Position numbers and translations under genes: made by a program. Of a stretch of 64,000 nucleotides of DNA, positions 37,900 to 49,480 are shown in pieces (the first letter of the stretch is position 1; each line of letters begins with the position of its first letter). The DNA comes from Octopus sinensis (lineage: Eukaryota). The notes below the pieces were generated by a model. It saw only the letters and a list, made by a program, of their open reading frames with translations. It did not search any database and was not told the origin of the DNA. The DNA lies in assembly GCF_006345805.1 (NCBI RefSeq), contig NC_043001.1, forward strand, positions 86,490,001-86,554,000. Direction: 5' to 3'.

Positions 37900-38270
37900 T
37901 TCTTTATTGCCCGCAAGGGGCTAAACATAGAGGGGACAAAGGGATTAAGTCGATTACATTGACCCCAGTGCGTAACTGGTACTTAATTTATCGATCCCGA
38001 AAGAATGAAAAGCAAAGTCGACCTCGGCGGAATTTGAACTCAGAACGTAACGGCAGACAAAATACTTATTTCTTTACTACCCACAAGGGGCTAAACACAG
38101 AGGGTACAAACAAGGACAGACAAACGGATTAAGTCGATTACATTGATCCCAGTGCGTAGCTGGTATTTAATTTATCGACCCCGAAAATTTGAACTCAGAA
38201 CGTAACAGCAGACGAAATGCGGCTACGCATTTCGTCTGGCGTGCTAACGATTCTGCCAGCTCGCCGCTAT
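37900..38270 (-). mobile_element. SINE family A multimer
   Basis: Two tails and two cores, head at about 38268. Confidence 0.85.
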
Positions 38271-39102
38271 ATATAATTTTCATATCTTATCGTATTTATT
38301 GATATTTATTAAGGCCCGGAAACTTCAGTTGCCTTAATTTTGGGACAACCTGTATATATAGACCAGACAGACTTTCAGACAGCAACATTAATTCCAATAG
38401 AGCAGATGGTTGGTAGTGAAGAGCTAAATCAATAATAGCCTTTAAACTTCTTTCCCTTTGACTTCAGTTTAAATAAATATTTGGCTATAGAAATAAACAG
38501 CCAAAGTTTGTTGTTAAATGAGTGAAGGTGCATGTAAATCCTACTCTTTGGGAGATGCTATTTAGGATCCAGCTATGGATCCTCAGAGTGTTATGTGTCA
38601 CCACAGTTCACATGTAGACAACATTTTCCTCACATAAATCCTACTTAGTGAGCAGGTTCTATATGCCAAGTAGTTAAACTTATGAAGGCCACTAACTGAA
38701 AGGTTTACAGACTCATAATGTGTCTGATAAGGGTCAGTATGATATAAATTGAGTCCAGACTTTATTGGAACCTGGAATCTTGATCAGTGGTAATGTCTCT
38801 GGTTTGAGGTGTGATAGAAGTTAGTAGTGGTGACATCAGTAGCAGGTTTGCTGTGGTTGGTAAGGGGTCATTCCATCCTTGCCTTGCATATTACATATCT
38901 GGAACTACATTCTTCAATGTGTCCTTCACTTTAAGACAAGGATTTCTATCAATGTAAGCAACCTCATAGAGGCCTCTTGATGATTCATGAGCTAGTTGAT
39001 GAAGTGTGTGAGACAGATGGAGAAATAAGAGATCTAATTGTTGAACAATCGATCAATCATCTTCTTTCCAACTTATGATAATGGTAATATTATCTTTTCC
39101 AG

Positions 39103-39237
39103 GTCTTCAGAGATTAACTCCTCGGAAACTCAAGAAAGCAAAGTCAAGCATAATGCTGCATAAAAGAATACGTCCTACCTCGCCACCCTTGACTTCTTCA
39201 GGAAAAGAAATGAAGGATACTTTACCAAATATTCCAG
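39103..39237 (+). CDS. ITIH: ITIH-like basic linker exon (GLQRLTPRKLKKAKSS...KDTLPNIP)
   Basis: tatcttttccAG / CAG|GTAACT, 135 nt open, phase 1->1. Confidence 0.6.
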
Positions 39238-39249
39238 GTAACTTACCTG

Positions 39250-39600
39250 TTTAATAGCTTTGATATTTAAAGTCCCACACTGTTACAATAAGTACTTGGT
39301 TAGATAAGGTGTCATCCTCTCATGTTAATACTCAGTATTAATATTTTCCCCCACTAATTGATGCTTCTGATACTGCAACAAAATGCTGCAAATACATCAA
39401 ATACAACCAAATAGTGATGCAACAATGAGTTTGAACCCATAGCATTTGAGACCATGGGTGCAGATAACACAACAACAAATGCAATAATTGATGAAATTTG
39501 CAAACAACTCATTGAAATAACAGACGATGCATGTGAATATTTGTTTCTTCACCAACAGCATTCAGTTGCTATATATGAGGGAATTTACTTAGAATAAGGA
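39250..39600 (+). mobile_element. CRE-clade-like RLE retrotransposon C-terminal remnant
   Basis: FEPIAFETMG...IIDEICKQLIEITDD...FLHQQHSVAI resembles F.P.A.ET.G...LGR....TG..R...L.QR.S.AIQRGN. Confidence 0.5.
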
Positions 39601-39869
39601 ACTATACAGCACATATATTTGTTAGGGAACAAATGTCTGTGTGTGAGTAAGATTGTATTTCTCTCATCTTCACATGTGTTCACTAAATTGTAAACAACGA
39701 TCTACTTAATGATATTATTCACTTGCAGTTCACCACAAAAGCATGTCTGGCATTCTTGGCATGTCATGACCTGTTGCATGATCTTTGTAAGCAAAAGGCT
39801 CGTCCATACAGTATCAGTAGTTTATGGTTCTTCATATAAGCATGCCCATAAAAAACGATAAACGTCCCC

Positions 39870-40925
39870 CTTTTCAAGCCTAGCTAGGCTCATGGGCCCA
39901 GTTTCCCGGTTTCTGTGGTGTATGTGTTCCCCAAGCTGGACAGGATGCCAGTCCATCGCAGCGTTACTCAAGAAACAGGAAGAGAGAGTGAGAGAAAGGT
40001 GTGGCGAAAGAGTACAACAGGGGCTGCCATCATCCCTTGTCGGAGCCTTATGGAGCTTCTAGGTGTTTTCGCTCAATAAACACACACAACGCCCGGTCTG
40101 GGAATTGAAGCCGCGATATTCCAACTGCGAGTCCGCTGCTCTAACCACTGGGCCATTGCGCCTCCACATAAGCATGACCAAACTGTTTGTTATTCAGTAA
40201 GCTGGAAAATTATTACTTCACTTAAAACAAATGAGGGATGCTGACATGAGAGGTATCCAGCCAAAGAAGACTCTGTCCCAACATACTTTCATGTTAAATT
40301 GATGATGAAGATGCTGATGAGCACCGTCATCATGCATTGAAATATAACTATTAATTTGGGAAGAAAAGTGAAAGGACATGAGAATGTAAGTAAAAAGCAA
40401 TTAGATTATCATTGGTTAGTAATAAAGGTGTGGAGGCTTAGTGGTTAGGGTGTCAGCATCATGATTGTAAGATTGTGGTTTCGATTCTTGGACCGGGCGA
40501 CACATTGTGTTCTTGAACAAAACACTTCATTTCACGTTGCTCCAGTCCACTCAGCTGGCAAAAATGAGTAACACTGCGATGGACTGGCGTCCCGTCCAGC
40601 AGGGGAACACATACACCATTGAAACCGGAAAACCGGGCCCATGAGCCTGGCTAAGCTTTAAAAAGGCACATTTGTGGAGGCACGTGGCTTAGTGGTTAGG
40701 GTTCAGCATCATGATTGTAAGATTGTGGTTTCGATTTCTGGACTGGGCGACATGTTGTGTTCTTGAGCAAAACACTTCATTTCACATTGCTCCAGTCCAC
40801 TCAGCTGGCAAAAATGAGTAATGGTGCAATGGACTGGCATCCCATCCAGCTGGGGAACACTTATGCTATAGAAACTGGGAAACCAGGCCCATGAGCCTGG
40901 CTAGGCTTTTAAAGGGTACATTTTA
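39870..40925. mobile_element. SINE cluster: family E (-) 39870-40170; tandem family B (+) 40430-40925
   Basis: Heads, B boxes and shared tails read directly. Confidence 0.8.
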
Positions 40926-41319
40926 GTAATAAAGGTACAGGATGACGTAAAAGTGACATGAATGAATAGACAGACAGTGATGAAGATGTAATACATGGAG
41001 TTAGTTGGTGACCAAGAAAAGATAGATAAAAGTGGTTGTGTCCCTTGCTGTGCACCTGCAGCCTCTCAGGCTTTTGAGTGACTGATAGTAATGGATAGAT
41101 AGCCTTTGTGTTATTGCCTAGTTTATTCTTTAAACACATCTGCATACTTTCATTTTATTTTGATACTTTACTCTATACTAAAGATAAAAATCTTTCATAT
41201 TTCCATAATTTCACCACTTTTGTTTTCAAAGTTCAGTGCCTTGCTATACACTATATACTCTTCTACTTCTCTCTCTCTCTATATATATATACTTACATAT
41301 ACATATATATATACATATA

Positions 41320-41534
41320 TACTCTTTTACTTGTTCCAGTCATTTGACTGTGGCCATGCTGGAGCACCACCTTTTAGGCAAGCAAATTGACTCAAGGACT
41401 TATTCTTTGTAAGCCTAGTACTTATTTTATCGGTCTCTTCCACCGAACTGCTATGTTACAGGGATGTAAACATACCAAGCAATGTAGGGGGAACAAACAC
41501 AGACACACAAACATATACACACTCATACATGCAT

Positions 41535-41569
<35 letters not shown>

Positions 41570-42365
41570 AAGCACCATTTGGGCGTGGCTGTTGCCAGTA
41601 CCACTAAACTGGCCCTTGTGCCGGTGGCACGTAAAAGCACCCACTACACTCTCAGAGTGGTTGGCGTTAGGAAGGGCATCCAGCTGTAGAGACTCTGCCA
41701 GATCAGATTGGAGTCTGGTTCGCCAGACCTCAGTCAAATCGTCCAACCCATGTTAGCATGGAAAGCGGATGTTAAATGATGATGATGGCATATATACGAC
41801 AGGCTTCTTTCAGTTTCTGTCTACCAAATCCACTCACAAAGCTTTAATTGGCTCGAGGTCAAGGTGCCACGCAATGGGATTGAACCTGGAACCATGTGGC
41901 TGGTAAGCAAGCTACTTATCACACAGCCACTCCTATGCATATATATATATATATATATATATCTATATATATATGAGGATCAGAATGGAAATCGATCAAT
42001 GGAAATTGCAGATGTGTTACCAGTGCCGGTGGCATGTAAGAGAACCTTCCGTTTCGCGACCGTTGCCAGCACCGCCCCGTTTCGTGTCCGTTGCCAGCCT
42101 CGCCTGGCCCTTATGCCGGTGGCACATAAAAAGCACCATCCGTTCGTGGCCGTTTGCCAGCTCTGTCTGGCACCTGTGCGGGTGGCACGTAAAAAGCACC
42201 CACTACACTCACGGAGTGGTTGGCGTTAGGAAGGGCATCCAGCCGTAGAAACACTGCCAGATTTGACTGGGCCTGATGAAGCCTTCTGGCTTCACAGACC
42301 CCAGTAGAACCGTCCAACCCATGCTAGCATGGAAAACGGACGCTAAACGACGATGATGATGATGA
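41320..42365. mobile_element. Family C SINE (-) with nested (GAT)n-tailed family D retroposon, plus a second family D copy (42000-42365)
   Basis: ggcgttaggaagggcatccagc...catggaaa.cgga..(gat)n; the same tail follows the RTE at 60470. Confidence 0.8.
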
Positions 42366-42559
42366 TGATATATATATATAACCACTTAAAAGTGGATGCT
42401 GTGTTAGGACACAAAATACTGCAATAGTTAACACGAGAGAACCTCTCGTATGGACTTTTGGTGCATATAAGCCCTCTTGTTTATATTGCTAGCAGAAGAT
42501 AAATCAACCACCATCGCCACTGCCAGGACAACCAGATCCCATGATTTCAGCTCTTCTTG

Positions 42560-43130
42560 GCCTTGTCAAATTGAGTGTCTTAATCATTAGTAGAATGTTT
42601 CAGATTTGAATGTTAGCAGAAAGGAGATACCCCACATACCCTCCATCAGGCATTTGCTATATTCTGAATGCCTTACTTCCCTGGGCATGGATACATTGAA
42701 ACTCTGACATCTGGCAGCTGACTTGGCAGACACCCATAAAATTATTAACCATCTTGCAAACAATAACTCTGAGCACCTTTTCAAACTCCACCTGTTTAAC
42801 ACCCGTGGACATGTTTACAAAGTCAGAAAACAGCACAGCTCCCATGACTTTCGGAAACGTTTTTTCATGCTAAGAGTTGCTGAAGCATGGAACAAACTGC
42901 CGGTGTCAGTTGTTAGTTGTCAGAGCACTGCATCCTTCAAAACTTCCATGCTTCCTGAGATTCGCCAACACTACACCTGATTTTCTCCCCTCCATACACA
43001 AGCAAGCATGTATCTGACTCATACACTGTTCACTTCCCAGACATTTGTACATTACTGAATATGCTTTATACAGACTTTTGACAAGTTGTGGTGCACCTGA
43101 GCACTGTATACAATAATTTCATTATCATTA
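42560..43130 (+). mobile_element. CR1 LINE 3' fragment
   Basis: NTRGHVYKVRK...FRKRFFMLRVAEAWNKLP. Confidence 0.88.
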
Positions 43131-43197
43131 AAACTCAGTAACCTGACAGTAGTTCATGAGGGAGAATCAACGCACAAATTTTTTGTCTTCTTTCCAG

Positions 43198-43302
43198 GTA
43201 TCTTCATCAAGCCATTCTCTTGTAGTAACAACCTCTGTCTCAGACACCATGTTTCCTGTCAAGTATCGACCAGGATTCTACTGTTGGCCAACTTTCAAGC
43301 AA
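43198..43302 (+). CDS. ITIH: ITIH-like exon, start of C-terminal domain (GIFIKPFSCSNNLCLRHHVSCQVSTRILLLANFQA)
   Basis: tctttccAG / GTAAGT, 105 nt, phase 1->1; aligns by eye to FII....LCF....VLRLI of ITIH C-termini. Confidence 0.72.
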
Positions 43303-43371
43303 GTAAGTCCTAGACTTTGGCATTCATTATTATTTAGTAGTCTATTGCAGCACTGCAGTTGTTGTGGCTGC

Positions 43372-43630
43372 TGTCTTCTTCTTCTTCTTCTTCTTTCTTC
43401 TTCTTCTTCTTCTTCTTCTTCTTCTTCTTCTTCCTCCTCCTCCTCCTCCTCCTCCTCCTTCCCCTCCTCCTCCTTCCCCCTCCTCCTCCTCTCCTCCTCC
43501 TCCTTCTCCTCTTCTCTTCTTCTTCTCTCTTCTTCTTCTTCTTCTTCTTCTCTTCTTCTTTCTTCTTCTTCTTCTTCTTCTTCTTCTTCTTCTTCTTCTT
43601 CTTCTTCTTCTTCTTCTTTTTCTTCTTCCA
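43372..43630. repeat. (TTC)n/(TCC)n compound microsatellite
   Basis: Direct reading; explains the poly-S/E/K ORFs. Confidence 0.95.
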
Positions 43631-45239
43631 ATCAGGAATCACACCATTAGCCACAAAGAATAATCTCTAATTCGAGCCTACTCTAAGCTACTAAGAATGC
43701 GTGCGGCAACTTGAAGATCCACCCTCCACATGCGATAGACTGGCAGTTGCACAGGCACAAAAGCTATGTTGTTATCCTCGTTCCATAAACGGTGGCTTTC
43801 AACGGGTGGAGAGCTGAACCATCCTGGGATACAGACGATTCGTAATCTAGCCTAAGGTCTGAAAGTTTACCACACCATTGTGGGTTACACCATGGTTCCT
43901 CTGCTTTGTGGCAGAAGTAGGAAGAAAGAGTGAGAGAAAGTTGTGATGAAAGAATTGGAAAGTTTCATTAATATTAGGACCATAAACTAAGAAGTTCCTT
44001 TATAGGGTTTGAAAAGAAAAACTATATAAAAAGATCTTAGATAATGTTAAGAAGACTAAATATATATCTATAATCTTAGATAATCTTGAAAAGACTAAAT
44101 TGAATAGAAAAGACTAAATGTAACATGAACTGATACTTGTGTTTATAGGATTGTGTTAGTGTCTGTACAAATGTTCAATTATTGTAACTAGATGTATAAA
44201 GTATTTGACATCCCTTTAAGAAACTACCAGTAATGCTAGATTAACATTGTCTTTGGAATATCTGACAAAATCAATGTAAAAACTAAGAATCTTACTTTTT
44301 TTAATTAATAAAAGATCATAATTAATTAAATAACGATAAACGTCACCCTTTTCAAGTCTAGCCAGGCTCATGGGCCCAGGTTCCCGGTTTCTGTGGCGTA
44401 TGTGTTCCCCCCAGCTGGACTGGACACCAGTCGCGGCGTAACTCAAGAAACAGGAAGAGAGAGTGAGAGAAAGTTGTGGCGAAAGAGTACAATAGGGGTC
44501 ACTACCACCCCTTGTGGAGCTTTTAGGTGTTTTTGCTCAATAAACGCACACAACGCCTGGTCTGGGAATCGAAACCACGACCCTCCAACTGCGAGTCCGC
44601 TGCCCTAACCACTGGGCCATTGTGCCTCCACTAATAAATGCACCCTTTTAAAGCCTAGCCAGGCTCATGGCTGTCCAGCTGGGGAACACATACGCCATAG
44701 AAACTGGGAAACTGTCTTGGCATTGTCATGCTACACTTGCTTTCATTAAGTTCAACTGATTTAGTTTTTACCTCCTATGACTTCCTTTGACCTCCATTGC
44801 TTCTCTTTTTATATGACATTTTAATTTACTATTTTTTGCTTTCCAAATGTCAGTAAATTTTGCTCATTACTCAAATGTACTTCCTCCTAGAGTAATATTA
44901 TTCAGTTTAGCTGCATTTTCTAGTGAAACCTTAAACTTCCTCTTGATTGTTTGCCTCTCATGATTCGACTCTTTGTATACATATTTATGATAATTGGTTA
45001 TTCCAACCAGCATTTTAAATTAATTATGACCCTTTTTAAAAACTTACTGACTTATATAAATTTACGAATTTTAAACTACCTTTGCTTAACAAGGTGGAGG
45101 TGCACGGCTTACTGGTTAGTGTGTCAGCATCATGATCATAAGATTGTGGTTTCGATTACTGGACCAGGCGATGCGTTGTGTTCTTGAGCAAAACACTTCA
45201 TTTCACATTGCCCCAATAGGTTCCCCACTAGAGTCCTAG

Positions 45240-45510
45240 AGGAGCACCAACTCCAGTTAGTCCCCGCCTCCCCAATTAGTTACTCCCTGGCAAAAATCAA
45301 CGGATGCAGGCTATGTCCCTGAAAATTTCCTTTCCCAGGTTATTACTCCAGTTTTCAAGAAAGGCAAAAAGTCACTTGCGATAAACTGCTGACTGAACTC
45401 ACCTCTCATATCATCAAATTATTTGAGAGAGTGGTGAGATCCTGAGTAACCCACTTCTTAGAATCTAACAACCTTATTATTCCCAACCAACATGACTTCC
45501 ACATGTTTGT
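45240..45510 (+). mobile_element. CR1-group RT N-terminal fragment
   Basis: ITPVFKKG...LTSHIIKLFERV...NQHDF. Confidence 0.75.
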
Positions 45511-46539
45511 TACTTCTCAAGCCATCTCTTGCTCATAAGGGCTGGTTTTCCGGTTTCCTTGACGTATAGGTTCCCCACCTGGATGGGACACCAGTCCGTC
45601 GCAGGTGAGCTGCAAGGAGGAAAGAGTGAGAGAAAGTTGTAGCGAAAGAGTCAGCAGAAGTTTGCCATTACCTTCTGCTGGAGCCGCATGGAACTTAGGT
45701 GTTTCACTCATAAACACACGCACATTGCCCTGTCTGAGATTTGAACCTGCGATCCCTCGACTGCAAGTCCGCTGCTCTAACCACTAGGCCATGTGCCTCC
45801 ACAGATTCCACATGCTTAACACAGCTCTTGCATCATTTCAATGATATCTTAAAGGCCATGGGATCTGTGTGTGTGTGTATTAGCGTTGGTGCTTATGTCA
45901 CTGTGAGAGATAAATAACAAGTCAGCAGCTGTCCTGAAAGGTGTGTGAATGGGTGGGTGTGGTTGTGTTTGTGTGCTTTCATGTGTGGTCAATAGTGAGT
46001 CAGTGGCAGCCTTGAAACATATGTGAATGGAATCGGTGGGAGTGGCTACCTGTGTGTGTGTGTCTGTGTCTGTGTGTTAGCATGTATGTGTAGATAGTGT
46101 TGGAATGTGTGTGTGTCTGTGCATGTGCATATGGATGCATGTGTGTCCCTCTGTCTGTCATTCTGTATATGTGTGTGTGTGAGTGGGTGTGTATGTGAAA
46201 AAAAAATTTGAAATACTAGTTAAATATAAAAACATGAGAAAACAAAGGATTATAAAAAATAAAAGATAAAATTAAAAATAATAAAGCAAATGAAATAAAT
46301 ATTAATATAAATACACTCTCGGAGTGGTTGGCGTTAGGAATGGCATCCAGCTGTAGAAACACTGCCAGATCAGACTGGGCCTGGCGCAGCCTCCTGGCTT
46401 CCCAGACCCCAGTTGAACTGTCCAACCCATGCTAGCATGGAAAACGGACGTTAAACGATAATGATGATGATGATAAATAAATCAATAACAGAAAGTTAAT
46501 AAAAGAAATAAGATAAAGTGTTGTTTTAAAAAGGGGTGT

Positions 46540-47230
46540 GGGGAAAGTCACTGAGAGGATGGGGTTGTGTTCAGTCTGGAAAGAGTTTGAGTATCTAGAG
46601 TGAAAATGTAGTGGTGTTCAAGGTGAAGCCTAAAGTTGATGGATCCATGGTGTAGAGCAAGGCCAAAGACTGTATGGTCTGAGGTGGAGTGGCTAGCCAA
46701 GCAGAAATGACAGGCAACAAGGGTGTTCTTATATAGATGAATGATCATAGGTGCCCATCTGGTCAATATAAAGTTTATTGCAAAGATTGTAACTAATACA
46801 GTAAACAAGGTTTGAAGAAGTGGAGGAGAAGAAGTTCCTAATGTAGAGGGTGTGCTGTTTGGATCCAGTGAGGTGTTGGTGATGAAAGGACAGGTGTGGC
46901 AATGGGGTCTGGAGCAAGGGAAGGATCCGGGTTATGGAGGAGAGAAGGGAGCTATGGACTAGTAGATCTTGTAGGTTACAAGCATGTTTGAAGGAGGGCA
47001 AGGGTGGGTTGGAGAAAATATGGAGGGTGATGGGATCTAGCTGGGGACAACAGAAGTCCCGCAGGAACTTCTGACAAAGGGCAGGGTGAAAGGGTGGAAA
47101 AGGAGGAGAAAGGGGATGCAGTTAGGGAACTGGAGTGGAGAAGGAGAGAGGTGCAGTGGTGCGATTGATTTGAAGGACACAGGTAAGAGTAGTTTGGACA
47201 AAGGTGGGTGGGTACCCGCAACATGTGAAG
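46540..47230 (-). mobile_element. Penelope-like GIY-YIG remnant
   Basis: NLQDLLVHSSL...SSNLVYCISYNLCNKLYI. Confidence 0.75.
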
Positions 47231-47251
47231 AAGAGGACCGATAGATAGATT

Positions 47252-47310
<59 letters not shown>

Positions 47311-47314
47311 TGGC

Positions 47315-47346
<32 letters not shown>

Positions 47347-47414
47347 GGATGGATGGATGGATAGATAGATAGATAGATAGATAGATTGGCAGACAGACAG
47401 ACAGATAGATAGAT

Positions 47415-48593
47415 ATGTTTCTTTATTAGCCACACAGGGCTGCACACAGATAGAACAAATTACAAGGTAGAGCTTTTCTTTTGAAGGGTTAAAAAAAAAA
47501 AAAAAAGGAAGGGGGGAGTTTCGATCAAAAGGGATCGTAAAAGGAGAGAAAGAGGACAAAAAAGGGGGGGGGTTAAAAAAAGGGGGGAGAGGAAAAAAAA
47601 TTGATCAATAGGGATCGTTATCACAGAAATGTCAATATGAAGTGTAAAGGGGAGGACAGGTGAGGTTTACCCGTGGAAAGAAAAGCCTACGGAAAAGACC
47701 ACGGTAACCTCGGTCAATGAAGTCACATTTTATATTTCTTTTTTTTTTTTTTTGCAAATAAGCAACTCTCTGTTTTCGATTTCTGGGTTCATAGGACTAT
47801 GCTCAAGGTGGCTTCGTCATTCATACGTGCCATTCTTGCTACATTCACCCATCTTTTTTTAAAACATTCGCTAGACAAAACTTGCCTCTCTACTCTCACT
47901 TTCCTTTTCAAGTGGTACTTGAAGAATTTGATGAGAGATTGACCAGAGAGGAAAGTGTTTGTCTCCAATCCTTTCAGACGCGTCCACCAGATACATTCTT
48001 TCGCCATAGCCACAAGGATGATGAAAATAGCTCTTCCTTCCCGTTTGAAGGAAGGAGGCATGACAATATTGACGATAGACTCAGCTGATAAACCGACTCA
48101 TCCCACACGTGACAGCAGTTGTTTGACATAAGCCCACAGGTCGGAAATTGTTGGACACTGAACGAGTGCGTGCAGAACGGTTTCGTCGCTCTGACCGCAT
48201 CTCGGGCAGGTCGGCCCCGTGTTTCTCGAGCCGTGTCTGTAGAGCTTATCCCGAACGGGTAGCGCTTCTCGGTAGCACTGCCAGGCCAGGGATCTCTGGA
48301 AGTTGTCCATGGGCCCTGGCCCGAAAGTCGTCCTGAACAGGCGGGTCAGGTACTCCTCGTCGACGTCCAGGTTCGCCCCGAGCTCGTCGTCGTACCTCCC
48401 CTCCACTAAACCCCTATAGAATGCTTTGGTTGTGTTGAAGTCACTTAAGGTCGACCCAGGACGGCAGAGTTGCTTGAGAGCAAACCGACACTCGCGGTGC
48501 CATTCGCCCTTCCTCGGCCTCTTTTTGATCCACGACTGCAGTTCGGTCATGGAGACGAGCTGCGGGAAAGCGTGCCTCACAAACAGCGACCAC

Positions 48594-48596
<3 letters not shown>
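47415..48596 (-). mobile_element. Young 5'-truncated L1/Tx1-like LINE (zf-RVT C-terminus plus 3' UTR)
   Basis: LAWQCYREALPVRDKL...CPRCG..DETVLHALVQCP...W; only one in-frame TGA (48098-48100); AATAAAGAAA end; flanked by (TATC)n on both sides. Confidence 0.88.
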
Positions 48597-48689
<93 letters not shown>

Positions 48690-48781
48690 CACTATTATTT
48701 TATGTAGTAATACCTTTATATGTATAAGATAGTACCATTATTAACATCAAATTCATTCAATGGCCCATATTTTCATTGCAG

Positions 48782-49072
48782 ATTTATTTGTTCATGCATT
48801 TGTGAAGAGAAGTGCACAGAGCAACTGCCTGGATACCATCAACCGCGTGATCTTAAAGAGGAAGCGTCGTCTTCTGTTTGAAGTAACTGCCGATAGATTG
48901 GTGAAGAATGGTAAAGAAGTAGACATCTCTAACAGAACTGAAATCAACCTTAATCTCAAGAATTTCCTGTCATTGAAAGTATTCAAGACAAAGAAGGCAG
49001 CATCTTCTGAAACCTTTCTCTCACTTCACTTTACCACTCTGAAGAAGATAACAAGGGCAAGAGGCATTCTGA
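48782..49072 (+). CDS. ITIH: ITIH-like exon, C-terminal domain (NLFVHAFV...LLFEVTADRL...ETFLSLHF...ARGIL)
   Basis: tttcattgcAG / GTAAGT, 291 nt, phase 1->1; EVT, FL and GIL positions resemble ITI_HC_C. Confidence 0.8.
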
Positions 49073-49219
49073 GTAAGTTATTATGATTTAATGCATTGGT
49101 GGTGGTGATTTTGGTGGTGGTGGTGGTGGTGGTGGTGCTGCTGCTGCTGTTGATGCTACTGCTATTGCTGCTGCTGTTGTTGTTAAGCAACAAGATGGGT
49201 AAGGGTGATTAGGTGATGG

Positions 49220-49480
49220 TCTAGGGTTTAGAGGCAGGAGACCCCAGACCTTGGAAAAAAAAAAACTTTGGTCGTCTTGTTGTAGTCGAGGGCTCTTCGT
49301 TGACGCCCGACACCACTAGGAGGTGGCCCGCGAAGTCGCTGGAAATGTAGATCTCCGGGTTCAAATTCTTGAACGGCTGCTGTTGGTGAGATGGGTGCGG
49401 TGGGCGTCCAATGTAGCAATTTCGTTGGTGGCAAAATGACTTTGACATGAATGGGCTTCAAATTAAAATTTCATTGGGGA
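49220..49480 (-). mobile_element. Jockey/CR1-type RT fragment
   Basis: RRST...HLLVV...RALDYNKTTKVF across frameshifts. Confidence 0.4.

Noticed and set aside
38500-39050. Possible Gypsy integrase remnant on the minus strand (DPLP...DITTDQ)
   Set aside because: Only a few residues match, with multiple stops; cannot be supported without a profile search.
43156-43670. Poly-Ser/Glu/Lys/Phe ORFs
   Set aside because: These come from the (TTC)/(TCC) array. Only 43198-43302 is exonic, and in a different frame from the listed ORF.
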